A stretch of DNA of 64,000 nucleotides, from the NCBI GenBank assembly GCA_963758295.1, contig CAVWUU010000003.1, forward strand, positions 1-64,000. The letters are read 5' to 3'. The stretch's first letter is position 1. Each line of letters begins with the position of its first letter. A program made the translations under genes and the position numbers. Source of the stretch: Candidatus Eremiobacteria bacterium (GTDB taxonomy: Bacteria; Vulcanimicrobiota; Vulcanimicrobiia; Vulcanimicrobiales; Vulcanimicrobiaceae). The notes beneath the pieces were generated by a model. That model was not told the origin of the DNA. It saw only the letters and a program-made list of their open reading frames with translations, and did no database searches. Positions 1 to 8,369 of the stretch are shown one piece after another.

Positions 1-680
1 TCGTCAATGCGATGCCGAAGGGCTTGCCGATGGTCGCGCACTTACATAACGACTACGGCTTGGGTACGATCAATGCCATCACCGCAACGTCGTGCGGATT
101 CAAAGTTATTTCGGTGACGGCCAACGGCTACGGCGAACGCGCCGGCAACGTCAAGCTGCACGAATACGCGGTCGCAATGCGCGTGCTCTACGGTGTGGAG
201 ATTCCCGGCTTCAAGTACGATAAGCTTCGCGAGCTCGCGCGATTCATGGAGCGTATGAGCGGCATCCCGATGCAGCAGCACGAGCCCATCATCGGCTCGA
301 AAGTCTTCGCCCACGAGTCAGGCATTCATACGCATGGCGTGCTCATCGATCGCCGCATTTACGAAGCCGTTCCAAGCGAACTTGTCGGTGGAGAAACGAG
401 TTTCATTTTCGGCAAGCATTCGGGCGTAGCGCTCGTAGAAGACACGTTGCGCAAGCACTCGGAACAACTCGCTGCACACGGCGTCCAAGTCAGCAACGAA
501 CTTGCCGGCCGCGTAACGGAAGAGATCAAGCGTCTGCGTGAAGAGCGAGCTGCCTCGAGCTCGAGCGAAGAAACGATCGCTTTGTACGAACAGGCGATGC
601 GCAAGCTGTCCCTCACCGAAGACGACGTCGCGCAGATCGCGATTGCTTTGGGAGCGCCTCAAACCGCAGCAGCTTCTTAA
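1..680 (+). CDS. Isopropylmalate/homocitrate/citramalate synthase family protein (DRE-TIM), 5'-truncated by window
   Basis: Motifs HLHNDYGLG, NGYGERAGN, FAHESGIH, FGKHSG; ends without a LeuA-type C-terminal regulatory domain. Confidence 0.85.
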   Translation, partial: VNAMPKGLPMVAHLHNDYGLGTINAITATSCGFKVISVTANGYGERAGNVKLHEYAVAMRVLYGVEIPGFKYDKLRELARFMERMSGIPMQQHEPIIGSKVFAHESGIHTHGVLIDRRIYEAVPSELVGGETSFIFGKHSGVALVEDTLRKHSEQLAAHGVQVSNELAGRVTEEIKRLREERAASSSSEETIALYEQAMRKLSLTEDDVAQIAIALGAPQTAAAS

Positions 681-846
681 CACAATCGTCCACATGGGGC
701 CGCCGCTGTAGAAAAGTGCAGCAGAACAAAAAACGTCGTAGCGACGGCAGCGAACCCAAGGCGGCTGGCCGATTCCGTACGTCGCGAACGGTGCAGCGTC
801 AGCTATCATGCCATGGCAAACGCATGGGTGCGACGAATTGCGAGAG

Positions 847-1671
847 CTATGCGATAGCGCCGAGGCGGAAAGAAGCGACGAAGGCTTTGAAGATCGTCGG
901 GTAGTCGTCCGATATGAAACGGACGCTGCGTCCGCCGGTGCGTTCGAAGCCGGGAATCATCTGCAGCAAGTCGGCCTGTTCCGTTTTTCCGAGAAGCAGT
1001 TCCATAACGACGGGCGCTTCGAACGTGAACGGCTTCGCGTTGCCGGCCGCAGCAACGGCGGCAGCAGCGCCTTCGCGAATCATCGCTTGCGCAGCGCGCG
1101 GCGAAACGGAGTTTGCCGCGAAATTTCCGATCGACTCTTTGATCACGACGCCGTGCGTCCACGGCATCTGGGCTTGCACGCCTTCGACCGTCGTGCGATC
1201 GCCGGTAATCATCAAGAGCGGAACGCCGAAGTGCCCGAGCAATGCGGCGTTCAGCGTTGCCTCGCTGCAGCGAACGCCGTTCAAACGGGCTTCATAAATG
1301 ACCGACGGCGTATAGGTGTGGCAAAGCACGGCATTGGCGTCGCCGATTGCGCCGTGGTAGCCGACGAAAAAGGCGCCGCCGTACGTTTGGTCGACGTCCT
1401 GCACCATCGAGAACGGCTTGCGGTTGCCGAAGATCACGCGAACGTCTTGCGGAAGTTCTTCGAAGACGAAATTTCGCATCGGTCCATGCGAGTCGTTGAT
1501 CAGAACGTCGGTAGCACCGGCGCTTCGCGCGCCTTCAACGGCTGCCGCGATCTCCTGCGTGTAGTACCGTCGATAGATCTGGTACTCCGGATGCGGCGTG
1601 CGGGCGTCGACCTGTTGCCAGCTGCTGACGCCGGCGACGCCTTCCATGTCCCCGCTGATGTAGAGCTTCAT
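847..1671 (-). CDS. dppA: M55 family D-aminopeptidase (DppA-like), copy 2
   Basis: Starts MKLYISGDMEG at ATG 1671 (ATGA overlap with upstream stop); DSHG, GYHG, LCHTY, SE metal/catalytic motifs. Confidence 0.92.
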   Translation of the reverse strand: MKLYISGDMEGVAGVSSWQQVDARTPHPEYQIYRRYYTQEIAAAVEGARSAGATDVLINDSHGPMRNFVFEELPQDVRVIFGNRKPFSMVQDVDQTYGGAFFVGYHGAIGDANAVLCHTYTPSVIYEARLNGVRCSEATLNAALLGHFGVPLLMITGDRTTVEGVQAQMPWTHGVVIKESIGNFAANSVSPRAAQAMIREGAAAAVAAAGNAKPFTFEAPVVMELLLGKTEQADLLQMIPGFERTGGRSVRFISDDYPTIFKAFVASFRLGAIA

Positions 1672-2501
1672 ACGGGCGCGTTCGCCGCTCCGGCGATTCT
1701 CGCCGCGACGAGAAACGCGTTGAATGCTTCGAGATAGTCGTTTGTGGTGAACCGGATAGTGCGTCCTCCGATGCGCTCGAACCCCGGCAGCAGCTCGATA
1801 AAATCGGCATTGCCTACGTTCGCGGTTTCTATCGTTAGCTCGACCGGCGGTACGAACGTAAAGGGCTTTGCCGATTTGGCGCGCTCGACGGCCGTTTTCG
1901 CGCCTTCGCGAATCGCGCGTCGTGCGGCGGCCGGCGTCAACGAGTTGATGGAATAGTAACCGATGGACTCTTTGACGGCGACGCCCGTGACCCACGGCAT
2001 GAGTTGCGACGTCTGTTCGACGATCGAACGGTCACCGGTAATCATCAGCAACGGAACGCCGTAGTACCCGAGGACCGCGGCATTCAGCATCGCTTCGCTG
2101 CACGCAACGCCGTTGACGGAAACGCCGTAGATCGTCTCCGGCGCATAGGTGTGCGCGAGCGCGGAATCGGGCGTCCCGATTGCGCCATGGTAGCCGGTGA
2201 AAAATGCGCCGCCGAAGCCACGGCCTATTCCGTCGTTCATGGAAAGCGGCGTTGGGGAACCGGTGATCGCGCGCACGTCTTGGGGAAGTTCGTCCCACAA
2301 CACGTTGGTTTGATTCCAGTGCGAATCGCGAACGAGCACTTCATCCGCACCGGCGCTGCGCGCGCCTTCGATCGCCGCTGAAACTTCTTGCATCATGTAC
2401 CGGCGATACACCGGATATTCGTGGGCGTTCGACGGATCGACTTGCGGCCATGCGCAAACCCCGGCAGTCCCTTCCATATCCGCGGAAATGAAGAGCTTCA
2501 C
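1668..2501 (-). CDS. dppA: M55 family D-aminopeptidase (DppA-like), copy 1
   Basis: MKLFISADMEG, DSHW, GYHG, LAHTY, ITGD, VKES motifs. Confidence 0.92.
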   Translation of the reverse strand: MKLFISADMEGTAGVCAWPQVDPSNAHEYPVYRRYMMQEVSAAIEGARSAGADEVLVRDSHWNQTNVLWDELPQDVRAITGSPTPLSMNDGIGRGFGGAFFTGYHGAIGTPDSALAHTYAPETIYGVSVNGVACSEAMLNAAVLGYYGVPLLMITGDRSIVEQTSQLMPWVTGVAVKESIGYYSINSLTPAAARRAIREGAKTAVERAKSAKPFTFVPPVELTIETANVGNADFIELLPGFERIGGRTIRFTTNDYLEAFNAFLVAARIAGAANAPV

Positions 2502-2926
2502 TGCGACTGCGAAAGGCCGCTGCGGGCCTCCTCCAAACCGGTTTGCGCCGCGGAATTGTTCGGATTGATTTTGAGCGCGCGTTGATACAACGGAATCGCG
2601 TCGTTGTACTTTTGCACCGTGAGGTACATGTCGGCGAGTTGCGTGAGCGCGACGTCGTCATTGGGATGCGCGGCGATCCGTTCTCTCAGCGTCTTGAGCT
2701 GCACCATCACCGCTGCGGGCGGTCCGCCGCCCTGAACGCTGTTCGGGTTGCCCTGCTGCGCTTGCGTTGCTTGCCCCGGCGCGGCCGGACGGCCGAAGAC
2801 CGAACCCGTGACGCCGAAACCGACCGCGAGCAGATAGAACATGACAAGCAAAAATCCGCCGCCGAGCACGGCGACGACGGGCATGTAAATTCGCGGGGGA
2901 AGTCCCCGGCGCGGCGGATTAGTCAC
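2498..2926 (-). CDS. Membrane-anchored tetratricopeptide repeat protein
   Basis: N-terminal hydrophobic segment, Q/P linker, TPR (ALTQLADMYLTVQKYNDAIPLYQRALKINPNN); overlaps M55 start. Confidence 0.8.
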   Translation of the reverse strand: MTNPPRRGLPPRIYMPVVAVLGGGFLLVMFYLLAVGFGVTGSVFGRPAAPGQATQAQQGNPNSVQGGGPPAAVMVQLKTLRERIAAHPNDDVALTQLADMYLTVQKYNDAIPLYQRALKINPNNSAAQTGLEEARSGLSQSQ

Positions 2927-2927
2927 G

Positions 2928-3512
2928 ATGAGTCGTTTGGACGCTCGCCGAAATATTCCACCTGTGACCCACTCGGAAGCCGATCTGCAGCTGCTTTTTG
3001 CCCGGTTGAACTACCAGTTTTTCAACGGCGAAGCTCCCGATTGCCGGATACGCTTTAACGCGCGCTTTTCGAATTCGGCCGGACGAATTACGTACACCGG
3101 CCATCCTATGCTGATCGAGCTTTCTCCGAAACACTTCGAAAAATATCCGGAATCGCTCGAAGAGACGCTGCTGCACGAGATGATTCACGCGTGGTGTTTC
3201 GCAAAGTGGCGCGACACCGGCCACGGCGCGCGCTTCAAGAAGAAGATGCGCGAATGCGGCATGTCGTCGATCTATCACGATCTTGGGAACGTGCGTCCGA
3301 TGAACGAGTCGTCGAAGCGCTACATCTTGCGTTGCGAGCACTGCGCGTTCGAGACACTGCGGCGCAAGCGGCCCGGGAAACCGGCAAGCTGCCCGCGCTG
3401 CGACAAACGCCGCTTCAACCCGCGCTTTCCGCTGACGATTTATGAAATTACCGGACTCGAAGCGGTCGGAACCACGATCGACGGCCTGCGCGCCGCCCAA
3501 AAAGGCCGGTAG
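2928..3512 (+). CDS. SprT-like zinc metalloprotease with C-terminal zinc ribbon
   Basis: TLLHEMIHAW (HExxH), GHGARF, CEHC...CPRC; start uncertain (alternative GTG 2964). Confidence 0.88.
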   Translation: MSRLDARRNIPPVTHSEADLQLLFARLNYQFFNGEAPDCRIRFNARFSNSAGRITYTGHPMLIELSPKHFEKYPESLEETLLHEMIHAWCFAKWRDTGHGARFKKKMRECGMSSIYHDLGNVRPMNESSKRYILRCEHCAFETLRRKRPGKPASCPRCDKRRFNPRFPLTIYEITGLEAVGTTIDGLRAAQKGR

Positions 3513-3598
3513 AACGGGCGCCAGCCTGATAAAGGAATCCCTGTCGGCGACCTAAGTCCAGGCTGAAAACCGGCGAAAAGGGTGAAGATAGCAGGGCC

Positions 3599-5032
3599 AT
3601 GACGACTGCTAATTCGACGACCAATGGGTCAGTAAAAACGCGCGTCGAGACCGACTCGATGGGCAAAATCGAAGTCCCTTCCAACAAATATTACGGAGCG
3701 CAATCGGCGCGATCGCTCATCCACTTCGACATCGGTGAAGGCGCGTGGCCGCGCGACCTCATGCCGCTCCAGGTCATCAAAGCGATGGCGCAGCTGAAGA
3801 AAGCGGCGGCGCTCGTGAATCACGACCTCGGCAAGCTCGACGAAGAAAAGACCAAACTCATCGTGCAGGCCGCCGATGAAGTGATGGCCGGAAAACTCAA
3901 CGAGCATTTCCCGCTGCGCATTTGGCAGACGGGCTCCGGCACCCAAACCAACATGAACGTGAACGAAGTCCTTTCGAACCGCGCAATCGAGATTGCGGGC
4001 GGCGAAATGGGTTCGAAGAAACCGGTTCACCCGAACGATCACGTCAACATGTCGCAGTCGTCGAACGACACGTTCCCGACGGCCATGCATATGGCCGCGG
4101 CCGAAGCGGTGGTCGGAATGCTGCCCTCGGTGATGAAGCTGCGCGACGCGCTCGAAGAGAAGGCCGAGCAGTGGAAAGATCTGGTCAAAGTCGGCCGCAC
4201 GCACCTTCAGGACGCGACGCCGCTCACGCTGGGCCAAGAGTTCTCGGGTTACGTAACGCAGCTTGACCGCGCAATCGTCGCGATCAATGAAGCGCTCAAC
4301 CATATTTACGATCTTGCCATCGGCGGTACGGCCGTCGGTACCGGTTTGAACGCGCATCCGGAGTTTGCGGAGCGCATGGCGCACAAGCTTGCGGAACTGA
4401 CGGGTCTGCCGTTCCGCTCGCATCCGAATAAATTCACGGCGCTTGCATCGCACGACGACTTCGTGTTCGCTTCGGGCTCGCTGAAAATGCTCGGCGCCGC
4501 GCTGATGAAAATTGCGAACGACATTCGTTGGCTCGCCTCGGGTCCGCGCGCCGGCATCGGTGAATTGATTCTTCCGGAGAACGAACCGGGCAGCTCGATC
4601 ATGCCTGGCAAAGTGAACCCGACGCAGTCCGAACAGATGACGATGGTCGTCGCGCAGGTGTTCGGCAACGATTTGGCAATCAGCTTCGGCGCTTCCCAGG
4701 GGAACTTCGAACTCAACGTGTTCAATCCGGTGATGATTGCGAACTTCTTGCACAGCTGTCACTTGCTGAAAGACTCGTGCACGATGTTCCGCGAGCACGC
4801 GGTAGAGGGGCTTCAAGCGAACGAACCGGTCATTCAGAAGTATCTGAGCGAATCACTCATGACCGTTACGGCGCTTTCGCCGAAGATCGGCTACGACAAA
4901 GCTGCCGAAATTGCGAAACACGCCCATCACAAGGGCTCGACGCTGAAAGAAGCAGCGCTCGAACTCGGCCACGTCACTGCCGAAGATTTCGACAAGTACG
5001 TCGTTCCTCGGGAGATGACTTACCCGAAGTAA
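3599..5032 (+). CDS. fumC: Class II fumarate hydratase
   Basis: [49 protein letters not shown] signature. Confidence 0.97.
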   Translation: MTTANSTTNGSVKTRVETDSMGKIEVPSNKYYGAQSARSLIHFDIGEGAWPRDLMPLQVIKAMAQLKKAAALVNHDLGKLDEEKTKLIVQAADEVMAGKLNEHFPLRIWQTGSGTQTNMNVNEVLSNRAIEIAGGEMGSKKPVHPNDHVNMSQSSNDTFPTAMHMAAAEAVVGMLPSVMKLRDALEEKAEQWKDLVKVGRTHLQDATPLTLGQEFSGYVTQLDRAIVAINEALNHIYDLAIGGTAVGTGLNAHPEFAERMAHKLAELTGLPFRSHPNKFTALASHDDFVFASGSLKMLGAALMKIANDIRWLASGPRAGIGELILPENEPGSSIMPGKVNPTQSEQMTMVVAQVFGNDLAISFGASQGNFELNVFNPVMIANFLHSCHLLKDSCTMFREHAVEGLQANEPVIQKYLSESLMTVTALSPKIGYDKAAEIAKHAHHKGSTLKEAALELGHVTAEDFDKYVVPREMTYPK

Positions 5033-5039
5033 GGCTACG

Positions 5040-5213
5040 CGCCCGCGGGCGCTAACGCCTTATCGCGTTTGCTTGGGGCTTCGCCCCATCGCAAGCCGCC
5101 CGCGGGCGCTAACGCCTTATTGGGTTTGCTTGAGGCCTGCGGCCTCATCGCGAGCGGCCACCGGGGCTAACGCCTTATTGGGTTTGCTTGAGGCCTGCGG
5201 CCTCATCGCGAGC
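5040..5213. repeat. Three tandem ~57-58 bp palindromic (REP-like) repeats
   Basis: GCTAACGCCTTA recurs at 5051, 5108 and 5166; each unit has a hairpin (TGGGGC-ttc-GCCCCA, or TGAGGCC-tgc-GGCCTCA twice). Confidence 0.85.
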
Positions 5214-5231
5214 CGCCACATTGACGAAGAA

Positions 5232-5262
5232 GGGAGCCGGTGAAGCGCCGGCTCTCTTTTTT
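5232..5262 (+). terminator. Rho-independent terminator after fumC
   Basis: GGGAGCCGG-tgaagcg-CCGGCTCTC followed by TTTTTT. Confidence 0.8.
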
Positions 5263-5279
5263 ATGGGAAAAGCGGGAGT

Positions 5280-6638
5280 ATGGCTACTGAGGAAGTGGAT
5301 GCGATCGTTATTGGGTCGGGGCAAGGAGGCAATCCGCTCGCGAGGGATTTCGCCAAGAGCGGGAAGCGTGTCGTCCTCTTCGAGCGTGACCGGGTCGGCG
5401 GCAGCTGTGTAAACTTCGGCTGCACTCCTTCGAAGACGTTTTTGGCAAGCGCGCACGCGGCCGGCCGCGCGCGCCAAGCTTCGGCAATCGGCGTAAATGC
5501 CCAACTAGCCATCGACGGAACGGCCGTCATGAATCGCGTGCGCAAAGTTCGCAACGACTGGCATGACGGAGCGGAGAAGCGCCTTACCGATGCGGGCGTC
5601 CGGATCGTAAAGGCGGAAGCGCATTTTACCGGCCCGCGCACCGTCGAAGGCGGCGCCGTTAGCGTGACCGCTCCGATCGTCATCATCGATACCGGCGTAC
5701 ACGCCTCTGTTCCCAACGTGCCTGGATTGGAAGGCACCCCGTATTTGACCAACCATTCGTTCTTCGATATCGAGACCGTGCCGGAAAGCATCCTCATCAT
5801 CGGCGCGGGGTACATTGGGTTGGAACTTGGCCAGGGCTGCGCGAGACTTGGGTCGCGGGTCGAAATCGTTGACGCCGGACCGGTGATGGCGCGGGAAGAG
5901 CGCGATGCTGCGGCCATCTTGCAACAGTCACTCGAGAACGACGGCGTTACCTTTCACTTGCAAACCGGCATCGAATCGGTGAAGTACGACGGTGCGTTTA
6001 GCGTCGTTCTCAAAGACGGTACGCAGTTGCAAGCTGCGGCATTACTCGTCGCCGCCGGTCAAGTCCCGAATACTCAAGCGCTCAACGCCGGCGCCGGCGG
6101 TGTGGAACTGGACGAGCGTGGCTACGTTCGCGTCGACGAACATTTACGCGCGACGTGCGAAGGCATCTACGCGATGGGCGATGTTGCGCGGCAGCCGGCC
6201 TTCACGCACGTATCGTGGGAGGACTACCGGCGCGTAAAAGACGTCATCGCAGGCGGAACTCGGACGCGCGACGACCGGCCGCTGGCGTACGTGTGTTTTA
6301 CCGAGCCGCAATTGGCGCGAGTCGGCATGACCGAAGAAGAAGCGCGAAACAGTGGTCTCGATGCCGTTTCGGTGCAGACGAATCTCAGCGACGACGCGAG
6401 AGGCATCGAATGGAATCTGACACAGGGCTTTTTCCGCATCGTCATCGACAAGAAAACCGAACGCTTTTTAGGCGCGACGTTCGTTGGTTACGAAGCGGGG
6501 GAACTGATCCACGTCATCTACGCGCACATGATGAACGGCGCGACGTGGCACGTCCTCGATGAGTCGGTGCACGTGCACCCGACGTTTGCAGAAGCGCTTC
6601 CGACGACCGTGAGAAAGCTCACCGGCGACCACGCGTGA
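5280..6638 (+). CDS. Flavoprotein disulfide reductase (RclA/YkgC-like, mercuric reductase/LpdA superfamily)
   Basis: GSGQGG FAD motif, redox CVNFGCTPSK, GAGYIGLE NAD motif, C-terminal HVHPT; no MerA C-terminal CysCys. Confidence 0.88.
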   Translation: MATEEVDAIVIGSGQGGNPLARDFAKSGKRVVLFERDRVGGSCVNFGCTPSKTFLASAHAAGRARQASAIGVNAQLAIDGTAVMNRVRKVRNDWHDGAEKRLTDAGVRIVKAEAHFTGPRTVEGGAVSVTAPIVIIDTGVHASVPNVPGLEGTPYLTNHSFFDIETVPESILIIGAGYIGLELGQGCARLGSRVEIVDAGPVMAREERDAAAILQQSLENDGVTFHLQTGIESVKYDGAFSVVLKDGTQLQAAALLVAAGQVPNTQALNAGAGGVELDERGYVRVDEHLRATCEGIYAMGDVARQPAFTHVSWEDYRRVKDVIAGGTRTRDDRPLAYVCFTEPQLARVGMTEEEARNSGLDAVSVQTNLSDDARGIEWNLTQGFFRIVIDKKTERFLGATFVGYEAGELIHVIYAHMMNGATWHVLDESVHVHPTFAEALPTTVRKLTGDHA

Positions 6639-6644
6639 AAACCC

Positions 6645-6663
6645 ACCGCGTTATAAACGCGGT
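6645..6663. terminator. Perfect hairpin between convergent genes
   Basis: ACCGCGTT-ata-AACGCGGT directly after the reductase stop; no long T-run. Confidence 0.45.
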
Positions 6664-6691
6664 TCTCCGAAGGATTGTCGGGCCGGCGCTC

Positions 6692-6847
6692 TTAGTTGTG
6701 CCGCACCAAAGCCGCGGTGTAAATCCAATGCAGAGTCGTCAGGCGATCGACGACCTCAGACGTGGCGGGCCGATCGTCTTCTAAAAGATCGATCATCCAA
6801 TCTTCGATAGCAATGGCGCGTATCGAAAATTCCTTGCTCTGGTTCAT
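6692..6847 (-). CDS. Putative 51-aa small protein (MNQSKEFSIRAIAIEDWMIDLLEDDRPATSEVVDRLTTLHWIYTAALVRHN)
   Basis: Manually translated, below the ORF-track cutoff; GGGAGG SD-like motif 13 nt upstream; fills an otherwise empty gap. Confidence 0.4.
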   Translation of the reverse strand: MNQSKEFSIRAIAIEDWMIDLLEDDRPATSEVVDRLTTLHWIYTAALVRHN

Positions 6848-7064
6848 GTCTTCCGTGGAGCCTCCCTAGTGCTGATACATTAGGCATCGGTAGGTTTACA
6901 AAGAGACTTGACGGGGTCATTGGGCCGGTCGACTCAATTGTCGAGGGAATCTTTACAAAGTAGAGCCGGACGCTGTTCATAACTTAAAGAGCGCCTGGTT
7001 ACCCGGCTCCTATACGACAACTGGGTCATCGCCGCCTCGCGACTAGGGAGCTCGCTCGAGAATC

Positions 7065-7099
7065 ACTATATTGACGATTTTCGATATAGTTGCTAGTAT
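7065..7099 (+). promoter_or_regulatory. Sigma70 promoter of ars operon with overlapping ArsR-type inverted repeat
   Basis: TTGACG (7071-76), N17, TAGTAT (7094-99) with extended TG; ACTATATTGA...TCGATATAGT imperfect palindrome over the -35; ATG 6 nt after the -10. Confidence 0.75.
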
Positions 7100-7105
7100 C
7101 GAAGA

Positions 7106-7438
7106 ATGTCGATGCAGCGATGCTGTCCCCCGGCTCGGATCGTGGAACGCGATTTCGAGGATTCGGCCGCGCTTTTGAAAGCGATCGCCGATCCGTATCG
7201 CCTCACCATGCTTGCTACTCTCGCCGCGGCAGAAGACGAAGTTTGCGTGTGCGATTTTACCGGCGCGCTGCCGCTCAACCAGCCGACGGTTTCCCATCAC
7301 CTTCGTATCTTGCGCGAGGCCGGCCTAGTTACGGGCGAGCGTCGCGGGACGTGGGTGTATTACCGGCTTGCGGCGGGCGCGCAGCATCGCCTGAACGGCG
7401 CAATAGCGTCACTCTTCCTTCAGAAAGCGACCGCATGA
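7106..7438 (+). CDS. arsR: ArsR/SmtB family arsenic-responsive repressor
   Basis: KAIADPYRL, EVCVCDF As-binding site, QPTVSHHLRILREAGLV, N-terminal CC. Confidence 0.93.
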   Translation: MSMQRCCPPARIVERDFEDSAALLKAIADPYRLTMLATLAAAEDEVCVCDFTGALPLNQPTVSHHLRILREAGLVTGERRGTWVYYRLAAGAQHRLNGAIASLFLQKATA

Positions 7439-7872
7439 AAACTCATCTCAACCTTGCGACAACCAATTTGCCGGCGAGCATGCAGTTCTACTCCGCTCTG
7501 CTCGACGCGACGCCTGCGAAAACCTTACCGGATTATGCACTCTTCATTGTCGAGGAGCCGCCGTTGGAACTGGCCCTCGACGGGCGTAAAACCGTTGCGC
7601 GAAGCGACGACGCGCATTATGGGGTGTGCGTCGAGAGCGTCCAGGACGTAGAAAAGGCGATTGCGCGGCTCCAAGCCTTGGGTCTGGTGTCTTCGATCGA
7701 ACGGAACGAAACGTGCTGCTACGCCAATCAAACCAAAGTCTGGGCGGTCGATCCGGATGGTCGCCACTGGGAAGTGTACGTCGTACACGAGGAGACCGAG
7801 GAGCGTGACGACGCGGAGACGGCCTGTTGTTCCGCTGACGGTGAATCGAGGTCGTGTTGCATCGCGTCATGA
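7435..7872 (+). CDS. arsI: ArsI/CadI family VOC metalloenzyme (C-As lyase-like)
   Basis: MKTHLNL start (ATGA overlap), AHYG, ETCCYANQTKVW vicinal Cys pair, DPDGRHWEVY, Cys-rich tail. Confidence 0.85.
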   Translation: MKTHLNLATTNLPASMQFYSALLDATPAKTLPDYALFIVEEPPLELALDGRKTVARSDDAHYGVCVESVQDVEKAIARLQALGLVSSIERNETCCYANQTKVWAVDPDGRHWEVYVVHEETEERDDAETACCSADGESRSCCIAS

Positions 7873-8369
7873 GCGCAGGCTCAATCGTGGTTCGTGAAGC
7901 GTGCGCGGGCGATGCGGAACGCATCCGTGAGATCTACAACGAAGGCATCGCAGATCGCATCGCGACGCTCGAATCAGCACCCAAATCAGCGGACGAGATC
8001 GCGCAATGGTGGGCGCAGCACGACCATACTTACGCGGTGCTGGTCGCCGCTGAAGAAAACACCGTTGCCGGCTGGGCGTCGCTGAACCGCTTTTCCCATC
8101 GGTGCGCGCACGCGGGGATAGCCGATTTATCGGTTTACGTCGCTCGCGAATGGCGCGGACGCGGCATCGGCGCCGTCCTTCTTGAAGAACTCGAACGGCG
8201 TGCGCAAGCGGCAGGCTTTCACAAGATCGTGCTTCACGCCTTGAATGAAAACGATCACGGAAAGCGTCTTTACCAAAAACGCGGTTTTGAACTCGTCGGC
8301 GTTTTTCGCGAACACGGCAACTTGGACGGCCGGTACGTCGACGTCGTGGCAATGGAAAAATTGCTTTGA
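7869..8369 (+). CDS. arsN: GNAT N-acetyltransferase, ArsN1/phosphinothricin acetyltransferase-like
   Basis: IYNEGIADRIATLE, ADLSVYV, RGRGIG; located inside ars operon. Confidence 0.8.
   Translation: MSAGSIVVREACAGDAERIREIYNEGIADRIATLESAPKSADEIAQWWAQHDHTYAVLVAAEENTVAGWASLNRFSHRCAHAGIADLSVYVAREWRGRGIGAVLLEELERRAQAAGFHKIVLHALNENDHGKRLYQKRGFELVGVFREHGNLDGRYVDVVAMEKLL

Noticed and set aside
681..846. Small gene or ncRNA between the synthase and M55 genes
   Set aside because: No convincing start with SD and no recognisable RNA motif
808..4816. Long antisense ORFs (808-1737, 3629-4816; likewise 13365-14270, 17387-18388, 56317-57435)
   Set aside because: They mirror well-identified genes; typical of high-GC codon bias
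5040..5213. Possible mini-CRISPR array
   Set aside because: Units are near-identical along their full length with no unique spacers; no cas genes in the window
5280..6638. Mercuric reductase MerA
   Set aside because: No N-terminal HMA domain, no C-terminal CysCys, no mer genes nearby
6858..7053. Inverted repeat CTCCCTAGT/ACTAGGGAG as MITE ends
   Set aside because: Only 9 perfect bp, no target duplication seen, and the left copy doubles as the SD of the small ORF
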